IMG/VR virus record: IMGVR_UViG_3300033069_001378
Span: 96,001 to 160,000 of that record
From: a virus
Taxonomy: Duplodnaviria; Caudoviricetes
Reading direction: 5' to 3' (one strand)
Length of the DNA: 64,000 bases
Of this stretch, positions 7,950 through 17,545 are shown piece after piece. The stretch's first letter is position 1. Each line of letters opens with the position of its first letter. Below the pieces are notes generated by a model that was not told the DNA's origin, did no database searches, and saw nothing but the letters and a program-made list of their open reading frames with translations. A program made the translations under genes and the position numbers.

Positions 7950-10544
7950 CTACACCGCTTCTTTGTTGTTGCCCATCTTTTCTCTAAAGAATTGGAGAAT
8001 CTCAGGGGCTTGATTCTTTAACTGCTCTGGCATGTTATCCCTGATTGCCTTCAGGTTTCCGGTCATAATGGCTTCTCTTACTTTTGTTCCTGAAGTTATT
8101 CTAGGAACTTGCTCAAGAGAAATCTTGTGTGAAGCAATTGTGTTTGGAATGTATCTTTGAAGCTTCCTGTACGTTTCACCACCGAAGTTGGCAAGCAAAT
8201 CGTCCTTATCTCCATATATGACAACATTGTCTCCAGATGGCTCCACTTCTTCATGAAGGATTCTTACCATTTCATTGTACGGCTTGTCCGAGAAGATAAC
8301 CTGTACGTTATCTGGCATGATTGGAAGAACGAAACGGTTCCAGAACTCCATAGCTACGTTTCCAGACAAAGCAAAGCCACCCTTGTCTCTATCCTTTTGA
8401 GAAGCTATGACCTTCACTACGTCGCATTGCTTGGATGCCATTTCTACAGCAGCCATGTGTCCTCTATGAAAAGGCTTAAAGCCTCCAAGGAATAGACCTA
8501 CAGTCTTGTTGCCAGGCAATGAAGAAGAAGAAGAAGAAGCTTGTTCAGCCATCGTTTCTTGAGGAACTTCCTTCTTGTCTTTTGCGACTTCTTTTCGGAA
8601 TTTCTCGAGAATTTGTGGGAGATAAGACTTGAATATGAAGTCCGGTGATCTTATCAGAGCTGCCAAGTCTTCAAAAGACTCAATGTCCTTCCATGAATGG
8701 TTTGGACCAAATAGCCATTTTGCTAATGCGTTCGCATCACCAAGATAAGCTGCTCTTGAAGTTATGTTCTCTTGTTCTTTCTTCTGTCTGCCTGTTGGTG
8801 GGAGAACTTCAAACTTAACCAAATCAACGCCCGACTTGAAATCAAGAACATAGCGTTCGTTTGGCTTTCTTGGATTTCTCACAAGCGAAACGATTGATCT
8901 AAGAAGAACGTTTCTGAAATATGCCTTGTACTTGCTTCTCTCGGGCGCTCCAGATAGAACGTCTTTCATCCAGTCGATAGAGCCTACAAAGAAGTCAATT
9001 TGAACTTTTGCCTTTTGCTTTGGAAGTTTGACCTTTCCTGTCTCATCTACAGCGGGTTGGACTGCTCCAGACTGGTCCACAACGTTTGTAACAACATGGA
9101 ACTGTTTGAATCCCTTGTTTACCGTGTATGGCACGTTGTACTTCTCTAACGTAGAGTCAAGAGAAGCCCAAAATGTGTCTTGGTCAGTTGTGTCGAGAGA
9201 ATAGGTTGAAGCAAGTTCTTTCGAGTTGATTGCTACGTCTATGTCTCCAAGGTAAGGCTTTGAAACATTTCCAACAATCCTGTATCCTGCGTTGTCAAGT
9301 CCAATCGACTTCAATGCCTGCTTGATGGTTGGATCAAGAAACTGTTTTGGGACAACTGAGTTAACAAGATCGCCAAAGGCATGACCACCTTCTTGGAAGA
9401 TTGCTCTGTTGCTCTGTTCGTTTATCTGTCTCTTGTTGTAGAGGTCTATGATTTGTTGAGGTTCCATTTGACCTTGCTTAACAAGTTCCTTTAGTTTTGC
9501 AATCTTTCTTGCGTAAAGCTTTAGCTCTTCGATTGTGTCTTGTTTCTTTCTAGCGATCGAAATGTACTTGTCTGCGTTGGCTTGAAAGTCGTCCTTGATT
9601 CCAACGATTGCATTTTCAAATGACTGAACATGAGCAGCAAGGTTTTCTGGTGAACCTTTTGTGTTCTTCTTGAAGTCTCTCTCTGCCGTTTGCATGTTGT
9701 CAATGAAATGCCAGTTCTCTTCTTTTGCTTTGGTGAACTTGTCTTTGTCAATCACCTTGACCATGGAGCCATCTGGCATATGGACAACAAATCCTTCAAA
9801 GTCACCACCAAAGAAAGGATTGTATGGGTCTTTTAGGATTCTTTGCTTGATAAGCATTCCTGCTTGTTGAACCTTTGAGATAATGGCTTGTTTTAGAATC
9901 TTGTCTTCTTCTGTTCTTGCAGGCTTTGAAAGAATGTTTCCATGCTTTGCGATTACCTTCTCAAGATCAACGACAATCTTCTTTGGCGCTTTGAACTTCC
10001 AGGCAACCTGTGGATTTGTGAAAAACTTGATGGTTGTGCTTGTTTGAGCAATTTGGATCCACTTGTTTATCTCTTTTGGATCGGTTACTTGCTGTCCATC
10101 AAAGGTCATCTGATAAATGACAAATACGCCATCACCAATGATTGAAGGATCATACATAACGATGTTATGATCGTAGCTAGGAATGGACTCGCCAGTGATT
10201 CTAACGTTTAGAGGCGGTGAAGGAAGGTTGAAAGCTTGTTGAACAGAGCCACCAACATCAAGCGTTTGGAGTCTTTGAATATAGTTCTTTAGCCCGGCTA
10301 AGAAGTAGAGATCAGGGAAGTCAGCAGCAGATCTCCAAGTGGTGTTCTTTGTTCCTGCAAAGAATCCAGATTGATCCTTGCCAAAGGTCATGAAGAATCC
10401 ATCCATCTTCTCTGTGACGGTGAATCCCTTGCCTAAATTGAATTGTTGAAGCAGAGCCAAAAGCTGTGCAGGCTTTAGATCCTCTATATGGGTAATACCT
10501 TTGCCAAATTCTTTTTCTTCGGCGAATATTCTTAGCTTGTTCAT
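7950..10544 (-). CDS. Multidomain protein: ligase-like nucleotidyltransferase, Pol-beta-like NTase and HIGH-family cytidylyltransferase-like domain
   Basis: TEKMDG...GE...FEGFVV...VKVI; GGHAF...GDIDV...VQIDF; GGFKPFHRGH...SGTKVREAI. Confidence 0.8.
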   Translation of the reverse strand: MNKLRIFAEEKEFGKGITHIEDLKPAQLLALLQQFNLGKGFTVTEKMDGFFMTFGKDQSGFFAGTKNTTWRSAADFPDLYFLAGLKNYIQRLQTLDVGGSVQQAFNLPSPPLNVRITGESIPSYDHNIVMYDPSIIGDGVFVIYQMTFDGQQVTDPKEINKWIQIAQTSTTIKFFTNPQVAWKFKAPKKIVVDLEKVIAKHGNILSKPARTEEDKILKQAIISKVQQAGMLIKQRILKDPYNPFFGGDFEGFVVHMPDGSMVKVIDKDKFTKAKEENWHFIDNMQTAERDFKKNTKGSPENLAAHVQSFENAIVGIKDDFQANADKYISIARKKQDTIEELKLYARKIAKLKELVKQGQMEPQQIIDLYNKRQINEQSNRAIFQEGGHAFGDLVNSVVPKQFLDPTIKQALKSIGLDNAGYRIVGNVSKPYLGDIDVAINSKELASTYSLDTTDQDTFWASLDSTLEKYNVPYTVNKGFKQFHVVTNVVDQSGAVQPAVDETGKVKLPKQKAKVQIDFFVGSIDWMKDVLSGAPERSKYKAYFRNVLLRSIVSLVRNPRKPNERYVLDFKSGVDLVKFEVLPPTGRQKKEQENITSRAAYLGDANALAKWLFGPNHSWKDIESFEDLAALIRSPDFIFKSYLPQILEKFRKEVAKDKKEVPQETMAEQASSSSSSLPGNKTVGLFLGGFKPFHRGHMAAVEMASKQCDVVKVIASQKDRDKGGFALSGNVAMEFWNRFVLPIMPDNVQVIFSDKPYNEMVRILHEEVEPSGDNVVIYGDKDDLLANFGGETYRKLQRYIPNTIASHKISLEQVPRITSGTKVREAIMTGNLKAIRDNMPEQLKNQAPEILQFFREKMGNNKEAV

Positions 10545-10555
10545 TTACTTACACC

Positions 10556-10579
10556 ATACTTATTCATAATTCTAAGTAT
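10556..10579. promoter_or_regulatory. Divergent pair of ATACTTA motifs (putative late promoters)
   Basis: ATACTTA 10556-10562 and TAAGTAT 10573-10579 between divergent starts at 10544 and 10584. Confidence 0.55.
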
Positions 10580-10583
10580 TTCT

Positions 10584-11012
10584 ATGCCTTGCACTATCCA
10601 TACACAAGTCAAACTTTCTCCAGAGGGAATGAAGCTTTTGAAGCATTTCGTAAAGTTTTGCAAAACAAAACTTGACATTGACCAACTTCCTTCAAAGATC
10701 ACCATCTTCAAAGCTCGCGATGAAGAGAGGGGAATGACCACCGGAGGCTACGATCCTCACACAACTGATATTATGGTCCTTGGTGGCAACAGGATGCTTT
10801 TAGATATCCTTAGATCCATTGCCCATGAGCTTACCCATCATAAACAGAACGAGCGTGGAACGCTTTTAGATATGGTTTCGGAGTATGACACAGATTTGGA
10901 TACTCCATACGAAAACGAAGCATACGAACGTTCTGGAAACCTAATCAAAGAATGGACTCGAATGGTAAGACCATCTTATCCGTCCATCTATGAAATCTAC
11001 TGCTCACTATGA
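10584..11012 (+). CDS. Zincin-like metallopeptidase
   Basis: IAHELTHHKQ (HExxH) with downstream ENEA. Confidence 0.8.
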   Translation: MPCTIHTQVKLSPEGMKLLKHFVKFCKTKLDIDQLPSKITIFKARDEERGMTTGGYDPHTTDIMVLGGNRMLLDILRSIAHELTHHKQNERGTLLDMVSEYDTDLDTPYENEAYERSGNLIKEWTRMVRPSYPSIYEIYCSL

Positions 11013-11557
11013 GCAAGTAACATTAGCTCTCGTTTGCTGTACCACTTGTCTTCCATGGAAGATTTGGTCCATTCCTTAACAATCTTTCCGTTGTCTTGTC
11101 CAAAGTCAACCAAAGATACCTTGTATTTGGAAGATACGAGTTCCCAAAGCTTTGTTGCTCCAATGGAATGCTTTATGTCAGACCAGAGCATCCCATGACG
11201 CTTTATGATGAACGCATACATATCAAGGGCAATGTTCTGTCTCTTGTATGACATACTTGTATAGACCCAACTGACCTGCGGTATCTCATTTAGATACGAG
11301 TCTGCGTGTTCGTACGAGAGAAGCTTCTTACGAAGTTGAACATGGCATGACACAACTGCTTGATTCGTGTTGGATGCGATCATCTGGTTTCTGTCGATTG
11401 CATAGTAATAGAAATGCGTGTCCGTCTCTGTCATACGGACTTCATGCATCGAAGTCTCAAGATATCCAACAAGATCCATAAGACTAAATATAGACTTGCT
11501 TGGTCTATTTTGAGAGTCTTGAGATTTACTTGAGTTGCTTATTTGGTCTAAAATCAT
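10997..11557 (-). CDS. GNAT-like protein
   Basis: VSWVYT..SYKRQNIA..MY...SD...S.GA.KLW resembles acetyl-CoA-binding motif A. Confidence 0.5.
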   Translation of the reverse strand: MILDQISNSSKSQDSQNRPSKSIFSLMDLVGYLETSMHEVRMTETDTHFYYYAIDRNQMIASNTNQAVVSCHVQLRKKLLSYEHADSYLNEIPQVSWVYTSMSYKRQNIALDMYAFIIKRHGMLWSDIKHSIGATKLWELVSSKYKVSLVDFGQDNGKIVKEWTKSSMEDKWYSKRELMLLAHSEQ

Positions 11558-11560
11558 GGA

Positions 11561-11606
11561 TAAAAAAATCCCCGGATGGTAGCTTTCACGCTTCTACCAT
11601 CCGGGG
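11561..11606 (-). terminator. Intrinsic terminator
   Basis: CCCCGGATGGTAG/CTACCATCCGGGG stem followed by a U-run on the minus strand. Confidence 0.85.
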
Positions 11607-11801
11607 CAATTACATTTTTTTAGTTTCGTCGAACGAGTCAGTTACTTTTACTTTTTTTCAGTGTCGTCACTTACAAACAGAAATGCGTGAAAGTTGTTAC
11701 GTTACTCAAATTACCGAACTACTACTCTAGTTTATTTTATCGTGCTATCCTTGTCTGGTTCAGAAAACCAGGGGAACCCATGATGATAAATATGTTGTCA
11801 A

Positions 11802-12257
11802 TCAACCATCTTCTTCATCGTCGTGATAAATTCTCAAATTGTTCATCTCTTCTACACGACGACGCCAAAGACGATAGTACCACTTACCATCCTTCCAGAT
11901 ATAAGTAAACTGTTGAGGATTCTTGTCAAGCGTTTCGATTGCATGATTCAGATCATCATGCTCTCTTGTCTTTCGCTTCTGTGATTTGTCATTTCTATCT
12001 CGGATATAGAAAGTACAGTGCTTGTTTCCATTTCGATAAACTTCATCGTTCAGCTTATCGTCAGGTACTTGGTTTGTTGAATATCCAATGCAGTATAAGT
12101 CACCATTTTCAACAAGCTCCGAGACTTGTTCCTTGGTCTTATAGAAATCATGAAGAACTCGACCTGTATACATAAGGTGAGCACTCATATGGTTATAGAT
12201 TTCTTTTACCTTGCCTGTTGTTGGTTCAACGTAAAGGATTGTGCTTCCAATTGCCAT
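11802..12257 (-). CDS. Conserved phage hypothetical protein
   Basis: Likely start MAIGSTI at 12257; IYNH...G..L...Y and YIWKDGKWY pattern. Confidence 0.7.
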   Translation of the reverse strand: MAIGSTILYVEPTTGKVKEIYNHMSAHLMYTGRVLHDFYKTKEQVSELVENGDLYCIGYSTNQVPDDKLNDEVYRNGNKHCTFYIRDRNDKSQKRKTREHDDLNHAIETLDKNPQQFTYIWKDGKWYYRLWRRRVEEMNNLRIYHDDEEDG

Positions 12258-12324
12258 AAGTTTTTGTTTCTTTCTTCTTCTTCTTCTTTTCTTGTCTGTG
12301 AGCCTGTACCATAACAGACTATGA

Positions 12325-13305
12325 CTATGCTGTAAACCTGATTCCAAAGTTTGACTTTGTTTTGAACTCTTCTATGGTTCTTGCATTTGAATAACTCATT
12401 GCAGAACGTAGTCCACCCTGAATATGCTTAACAACCTCAATGACAGAACCTTCTTGCTTGATTGTCGTTGTCATTCCTTCTGGAGTTGGTAGGTTGCCGT
12501 CGTCCTCACGTATGGTTAGCATGGCATCCTTACTTGCCATGCCTCGATATACCTTGGACCCTTCTATCCTCGCTCCTGGAGCCTCCTGAGTGCCTGCAAA
12601 CAGCTTTCCGCACATGACCATGGAAGCACCGACTCCAATAGCTTTGCATATGTCTCCGATTTCTCTTATTCCTCCATCTGCTACCGTTGGAAGAATACCT
12701 TTAGAACACTCAAGCACAGCAGAGAATTGAGGTCTTGTTACGCCTGTGACGTTCTTTGTCAAACAAACTGCTCCGGGACCAATTCCAACCTTTGCAATGT
12801 CCGTTCCCCATTCACACAAATCATCTGTTGCTTCCCTGGTAGCAACGTTGCCTGCCATGATGACCACTTTGGTTCCTGCTTCTTGTCGAAGCCAAACAAC
12901 CATATCTTTCATCATCTTGGAGTGTCCGTGAGCAATGTCAATAACGAAATATTCCGCTCCAACTTCCATCAAAGCTTTCGCTCTGTCTTTGCTGTCAGCA
13001 TTGACTCCAATTGAAACAAAGCATTTAGCTCCAGCATCCTTTACCTTTTGAAACTCCTCAACGTTTCGTTCGATTGACATAAACCTATGCAAAGCACCGA
13101 TTGCTCCTGCTTTATCCATAGCAATACACATTGCGGATTCTGTTACCGTGTCCATGTTTGCAGAAATAACAGGAACTTCCAATGACAACATACTTGTTAT
13201 CGTTGACGTTGTGCTTACTTGTGTTCGTGAGGTTATTTCCGAATATTGAGGAATAAGGAAAACGTCTCGATAGTCATAATCAGGATTCTTTTTGTCGATC
13301 AACAT
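12325..13305 (-). CDS. IMP dehydrogenase/GMP reductase family enzyme without CBS domains
   Basis: ISANMDTVTE, IDIAHGHS, AGNVAT, KVGIGPGAVCLT, ADGGI..GDI.KA, YRGMAS, PEG, GGLRSAMSY. Confidence 0.93.
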   Translation of the reverse strand: MLIDKKNPDYDYRDVFLIPQYSEITSRTQVSTTSTITSMLSLEVPVISANMDTVTESAMCIAMDKAGAIGALHRFMSIERNVEEFQKVKDAGAKCFVSIGVNADSKDRAKALMEVGAEYFVIDIAHGHSKMMKDMVVWLRQEAGTKVVIMAGNVATREATDDLCEWGTDIAKVGIGPGAVCLTKNVTGVTRPQFSAVLECSKGILPTVADGGIREIGDICKAIGVGASMVMCGKLFAGTQEAPGARIEGSKVYRGMASKDAMLTIREDDGNLPTPEGMTTTIKQEGSVIEVVKHIQGGLRSAMSYSNARTIEEFKTKSNFGIRFTA

Positions 13306-13325
13306 ACTTGCGCTCCAAAAGCTAA

Positions 13326-13357
13326 AAGGTGGTCCCACTCTCATGGGATACCACCTT
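13326..13357. terminator. Terminator-like hairpin
   Basis: AAGGTGGTCCCA...TGGGATACCACCTT inverted repeat. Confidence 0.5.
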
Positions 13358-13392
13358 CTTGATTTTTTGTATCGCTCTTAAGCGATTTTTGT

Positions 13393-13986
13393 TCAGGCAG
13401 TCTTGCGGATCTGCTTCTCGTTGCACCAAACAACCTTGGTGAAGTTACCGCGAGCATCTCGCTCGTCCGAGAGCGTCACACCGAAGCGACCATCGCGGAC
13501 CCAAAAGACCTTGCCAATGCAACCATTCGCAGCCTGGACCTGGGGATTACGGCATCGACGATCGACGCTAACAACGACCAGATCACCATGCTTGGGAAGC
13601 GCAGCAGCGCGAGCAAGCTCCACACGACGCGCAGCCTCGATACGAGCGTTCTGCTCACGAAGACGAGCAGACTCAGCAGCCTGGCGATCCTGCTCACACT
13701 TGACGAGATACGCAGCGTAAGCAGCCTTCGCGTGCTCCGGTGCATCAACCACGGCATAGGAATAACCGAACTCCGAGCAACCAAGACGAATCGTCTTGAA
13801 GACGTAGCCAAGCTGCCCAACCTCCGCGACAACGGCATAGAACACGTCGTCCCACACGTCCGACATAATGCGCTCGACCTTGGAGAAGGTCGAAATAACC
13901 TGACCCACGTAAGACGTATCGGTAGCGATCACAACCCGACGCGAGAGGGAGGAAACGAAAACGTCGTTGTTGGTGAAAATGGTCAT
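13393..13986 (-). CDS. GC-rich early hypothetical protein (C-terminal SH3/KOW-like)
   Basis: 197 aa behind a conserved promoter; GDLVVV...GKVFWV...FGV. Confidence 0.75.
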   Translation of the reverse strand: MTIFTNNDVFVSSLSRRVVIATDTSYVGQVISTFSKVERIMSDVWDDVFYAVVAEVGQLGYVFKTIRLGCSEFGYSYAVVDAPEHAKAAYAAYLVKCEQDRQAAESARLREQNARIEAARRVELARAAALPKHGDLVVVSVDRRCRNPQVQAANGCIGKVFWVRDGRFGVTLSDERDARGNFTKVVWCNEKQIRKTA

Positions 13987-14029
13987 CGGCTACGGGCTCT
14001 CTTCTCGGGTGAGGGTTGATTATGTATAT

Positions 14030-14059
14030 ACATTAGCACGATTTTTGGCAAATGTAAAC
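14030..14059 (-). promoter_or_regulatory. Sigma70-like early promoter
   Basis: GTTTACA-N17-TAATGT with AT-rich upstream element. Confidence 0.7.
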
Positions 14060-14095
14060 CGATTTTCCAATATTATTTTCTGCCTGTTTTATAGG

Positions 14096-14704
14096 CTAAT
14101 ACGCAAGTTTTCGCAGCTCAAGTCCTACAGCAGTCTGTTCGTCAACGAGATTCAGAATAACTAGCTTTTGATCCTTGATCTGTCCACGCTTACATTGATG
14201 CTTGCTGTAAAGCTGCCTGTAACATGCTACAAGCAAGATAGATTCGACAAGATCAAACTTCCTTGATAGTTCAAGAGCCGCGTAATACTCATAAGCCTCT
14301 GCTCCAGGCTTTAGCTTTTCAAAAGCAGTCTCCCACTCAACCAATTGACGCTTGGCGTGTGCAAGTTTGGAACTAAGCTTAAGATACTCTTGGTACTTAT
14401 CCTTCAACTTACCAGAAGCGATCGAATAGTCTGGATTCTTTAGAGTTCCAAGAGACTTTGGAGGCAAAAAAGTTACCAAAGTCTGACTCTTCCTTTGGTA
14501 GACAACGCAATATTCTTTTCCGTCGATGTTGAAAATATATCGTGAGTCTCCAAGGTTGATATATTTGTCGTCCTGTTTGTTACTGAGAATAACGCGAATT
14601 GCCGTTTCAAGCTTATAGATGTTCTTTATTCCATAACGCTCTTCACCACGATGAGCAGCGTGGATCATTTTACAAACAGTATGGCTTGCACGTTTCTTTT
14701 TCAT
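14096..14704 (-). CDS. Hypothetical basic protein
   Basis: 202-aa ORF. Confidence 0.65.
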   Translation of the reverse strand: MKKKRASHTVCKMIHAAHRGEERYGIKNIYKLETAIRVILSNKQDDKYINLGDSRYIFNIDGKEYCVVYQRKSQTLVTFLPPKSLGTLKNPDYSIASGKLKDKYQEYLKLSSKLAHAKRQLVEWETAFEKLKPGAEAYEYYAALELSRKFDLVESILLVACYRQLYSKHQCKRGQIKDQKLVILNLVDEQTAVGLELRKLAY

Positions 14705-14711
14705 TGTAAGT

Positions 14712-14960
14712 TCAAACGCTCCTGATTCCCTTTAGCTCGCTTGCCTTGACCCACTGAATTGTTCCCTTGATACGATAACGGATACCAGCGGTCTTTGGAA
14801 AATCAATTCGCTTAACAAGATCAACCTTATCACCGGCAAACCACTCGGTATGATCAAGCTCCGTACGCTTAACGTCACTCCTAAGCGTGGCAGTAGCAAT
14901 GACCTTCTCAGGTTCCTTCTTGTATGCCTTGTTGTATCGAGCCTTTGCCATAATAATCAA
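14712..14960 (-). CDS. Hypothetical protein
   Basis: 82 aa, AAGGA upstream. Confidence 0.6.
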   Translation of the reverse strand: MIIMAKARYNKAYKKEPEKVIATATLRSDVKRTELDHTEWFAGDKVDLVKRIDFPKTAGIRYRIKGTIQWVKASELKGIRSV

Positions 14961-14963
14961 TCC

Positions 14964-15365
14964 TTACTTCTTGTTCTTTGTGCCGTGAGTTGGGCACGCA
15001 TCATCTGTAGTCGGGCAGTAGTCTCCGAGACGACGAGTGCAGGTACAGCTTTGTTGATACGCAGGCATCAGCTTTCCGTTGGCGTCAACAATTCCAGCAT
15101 CAACAAACGTTCCGAGCAATTCCTTTGGATTCATATTCTTAAGACGTTCAAGTGCCTTGTCTGTTGTGCTCTCAAGAGAACTGTTCTTATTTGCTTGCTT
15201 CTCTGTCTCTTCGATCAAAGCAATCTTCTTCATCAAATTCTTTGCACCACGAGCCAGGTAATAAAGCTCCTCGTCCTTAACCTTGCAATCGGTCAAAACA
15301 CGATTTGCAATGTCCGTCATGTTTGAAGCGAAGTTCTCGTAGTTGTCTTTGTTGTTACTTGCCAT
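14964..15365 (-). CDS. Hypothetical protein with C-terminal CxC...CPxH metal-binding motif
   Basis: Likely start MASNN; SCTCT...CP...CPTHG. Confidence 0.6.
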   Translation of the reverse strand: MASNNKDNYENFASNMTDIANRVLTDCKVKDEELYYLARGAKNLMKKIALIEETEKQANKNSSLESTTDKALERLKNMNPKELLGTFVDAGIVDANGKLMPAYQQSCTCTRRLGDYCPTTDDACPTHGTKNKK

Positions 15366-15370
15366 AAGTT

Positions 15371-15754
15371 TCAAAGCCCCAGGCATCCTCGAAGAGCAGC
15401 TAGCTCTCGCTTCAAATCAGCGATCTCAATGTCCTGCAAGGAAAGGCGTTCTCGCTCAATTAGAAGCTCCTGCTTATGCTCGGTAACAAGCTCTTCGGCG
15501 TCGGTAAGCTTTGCCTGTAGCTCAACAACCTCGTGACTCTTCTCGTGAAGCTCAAGGCGAAGTGTGTCGAAGGCTGCAATAGAATCTCGCTTGGTCTTCT
15601 TGTGTCGCTTCACTTCCTTACGGAGACGCTCACAAAGCGAAATTGCATCATCGGGATCGATATGTCCATCCTCCAAAATTGCTTCCAGATCCTTAAGAGA
15701 TCGATAGCTAGATACCATGATGGGCTTAACTGAATTACTGTTATTCGTAGGCAT
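15371..15754 (-). CDS. Coiled-coil hypothetical protein
   Basis: 127 aa, heptad-like; GGAGA upstream. Confidence 0.65.
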   Translation of the reverse strand: MPTNNSNSVKPIMVSSYRSLKDLEAILEDGHIDPDDAISLCERLRKEVKRHKKTKRDSIAAFDTLRLELHEKSHEVVELQAKLTDAEELVTEHKQELLIERERLSLQDIEIADLKRELAALRGCLGL

Positions 15755-15781
15755 TTTGTTTGTCTTCTCCAGAATTAAGTG

Positions 15782-16072
15782 TCAGTGACCTTTTGTTGCA
15801 AGTGGATTCAATCGCCACTCATCGGTTGGCTTGGAACGAAGCTTGCGCTCTTCATCAGGATCGACTCGTCGTGCCTCACTCAATGACGAAAGGACAATCT
15901 TTTGATTGCACACAGGGCAGTCAATATATTCCTGCCACAAGCCACAAGGACGATCCTCGGCATAGACCTTAACATCGGACTTGTTGTAGCCAAGCTCACT
16001 CGTGCAAGTGGTGCAAGCAATAACTCGGGTTGGCTCAGTTGGTTCAACGCGCTTGATAATGGTAATGGTCAT
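15782..16072 (-). CDS. Zinc-ribbon protein
   Basis: CTTC...YIDCPVC. Confidence 0.7.
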   Translation of the reverse strand: MTITIIKRVEPTEPTRVIACTTCTSELGYNKSDVKVYAEDRPCGLWQEYIDCPVCNQKIVLSSLSEARRVDPDEERKLRSKPTDEWRLNPLATKGH

Positions 16073-16084
16073 TTCTTTCTTCTT

Positions 16085-16366
16085 TCAAACGAGACGATTA
16101 TCTTTGGAAACCAAAAGATTTCCATTCTTGTTAAACTTGGATCGAACTACAATCCCTGGAGCATCCCAATATCCGCCCTGATTGTTGGGAACGTTCTCCG
16201 AAACGGAGAAGTCGAACTTCATCGACCGGATCATGTCAAGATTCACGTACGTACCTTCAAACGCTGGCGCGAGCCTCCAAGCTTCTGCGAAGGTGAAACC
16301 GAAAGACTTTTGAAGCCATCGAGCATGTTTGAAGTGATTGAGAATGATGGAAAACATTTGTTTCAC
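16085..16366 (-). CDS. Hypothetical protein
   Basis: 93 aa, GTGA overlap with the upstream gene. Confidence 0.55.
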   Translation of the reverse strand: MKQMFSIILNHFKHARWLQKSFGFTFAEAWRLAPAFEGTYVNLDMIRSMKFDFSVSENVPNNQGGYWDAPGIVVRSKFNKNGNLLVSKDNRLV

Positions 16367-16728
16367 TTCTTCTTCTTTCGGTTAACAGAAACAACGTTCA
16401 AGGTCGGCTTCAATTCCTTAATCAAGCGAGTCTCCTCGGCATGACAGGCAGCCTTTCCACGGACAATGCCCAAAAGCTTCTTGGAAAACTTCTCGGGACC
16501 ATGGTAACGAATGGTCGCGGCAAGCGGAAGATCACGGTTCTCAATGCAAGCGTGATAGATATGACCCTTCCAACGAGTCTCAATGGACTTCTGGTAAGCA
16601 CGACCGCGAGCAACGGTGATACCGATGTACGTATCGCCCGTCTCATCGCACGTAATCTCGTAGATAACGTGGTTGCGGTCGTTACGACGCTTGCGCGTAG
16701 AAACCTTGTTATCGGTCTTGCTCTTCAT
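16363..16728 (-). CDS. Stand-alone GIY-YIG nuclease-domain protein
   Basis: VIYEI...TYIGIT...RWKGH...E...I.....LN; likely start MKSK at 16728. Confidence 0.8.
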   Translation of the reverse strand: MKSKTDNKVSTRKRRNDRNHVIYEITCDETGDTYIGITVARGRAYQKSIETRWKGHIYHACIENRDLPLAATIRYHGPEKFSKKLLGIVRGKAACHAEETRLIKELKPTLNVVSVNRKKKK

Positions 16729-16735
16729 ACTATCT

Positions 16736-16764
16736 ATTATAGCAAATATTCTGGATATGTAAAC
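16736..16764 (-). promoter_or_regulatory. Sigma70-like early promoter (leaderless start)
   Basis: GTTTACA-N16-TATAAT, 7 nt before ATG. Confidence 0.75.
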
Positions 16765-16796
16765 CAATACCCAAAATATTATTTAGTGCCTAAAAA

Positions 16797-17003
16797 TCAG
16801 TAGTTTTTTCCGGTCTGTACGAGATTCTCGCTGCGATGCGGAACATCGTTGCCGCAAACCGGACACTTGAGATAATCGTATGCCATTGCGTCGCACCAAT
16901 TAAGGTCGAGCGCACCGTATTCCAGTAGGCTAGTGCAATGACGGCACCGGCAACGGAACGTCGGAGAAACAAATTCATTGCGCTCGATGATCTTGATAGC
17001 CAT
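16797..17003 (-). CDS. Zinc-ribbon protein, paralog of 15782-16072
   Basis: MAIKII...CRHC.S.L.Y...D...YLKCPVC. Confidence 0.7.
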   Translation of the reverse strand: MAIKIIERNEFVSPTFRCRCRHCTSLLEYGALDLNWCDAMAYDYLKCPVCGNDVPHRSENLVQTGKNY

Positions 17004-17041
17004 TTTCGTTCCCTTTTTTGGACGCTTCCGATTCTTTATAT

Positions 17042-17071
17042 ACTATACCAAGGATTTTGGAAAATGTAAAC
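17042..17071 (-). promoter_or_regulatory. Sigma70-like early promoter
   Basis: GTTTACA-N17-TATAGT. Confidence 0.7.
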
Positions 17072-17279
17072 CATATCCAAGAAAATAGTTTCTGCCCTAT
17101 TTTCAGGGTCGATTTCGAATCACGGCGATCACAAAGTACAAAGTGAGTCCGGCTACGACTCCAGAAGCAAAGTTATGCTTGCCATATAGGCAAATCGTCG
17201 TTGAAACAAGGCAGGCAATGGAAGCCAGCGTGCCAAAAATCAGGATCAAAGCGTTTCTAGCATCAGGGTGCATGATATT

Positions 17280-17510
17280 TCAGCCTTCCTCGTCCGTGAA
17301 GAACGCATCCTGGCACTTCTGGCAGAGCCCCGAAAGCGAGTGCTCCCGAATGGAAAGCTCGTCTCGGAAATCGCTGGAAGTGACCTTGTTGCTACCGCAC
17401 GACGGACAAATGCCGTTGCGCTTGCATTGCGTAACCTTATGGTTAAGGTTCGCGAGGAGAGCAGGAAGCCCGCCAGGAGAGGAGAAGGGGGTTTGATTGC
17501 TGTTGGACAT
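17280..17510 (-). CDS. Small zinc-finger protein
   Basis: CPSC...FRDELS.RE..LSGLCQKCQDAFF. Confidence 0.75.
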   Translation of the reverse strand: MSNSNQTPFSSPGGLPALLANLNHKVTQCKRNGICPSCGSNKVTSSDFRDELSIREHSLSGLCQKCQDAFFTDEEG

Positions 17511-17516
17511 ACCTTG

Positions 17517-17545
17517 ATTATACAGGCAATTTCCTAAATGTAAAC
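17517..17545 (-). promoter_or_regulatory. Sigma70-like early promoter (leaderless start)
   Basis: GTTTACA-N16-TATAAT, 6 nt before ATG. Confidence 0.75.

Noticed and set aside
16363-16728. GIY-YIG gene as a third gene-end-replacing element
   Set aside because: No duplicated terminus of a neighbouring gene was found. It has its own early promoter and no extra DNA-binding domains.
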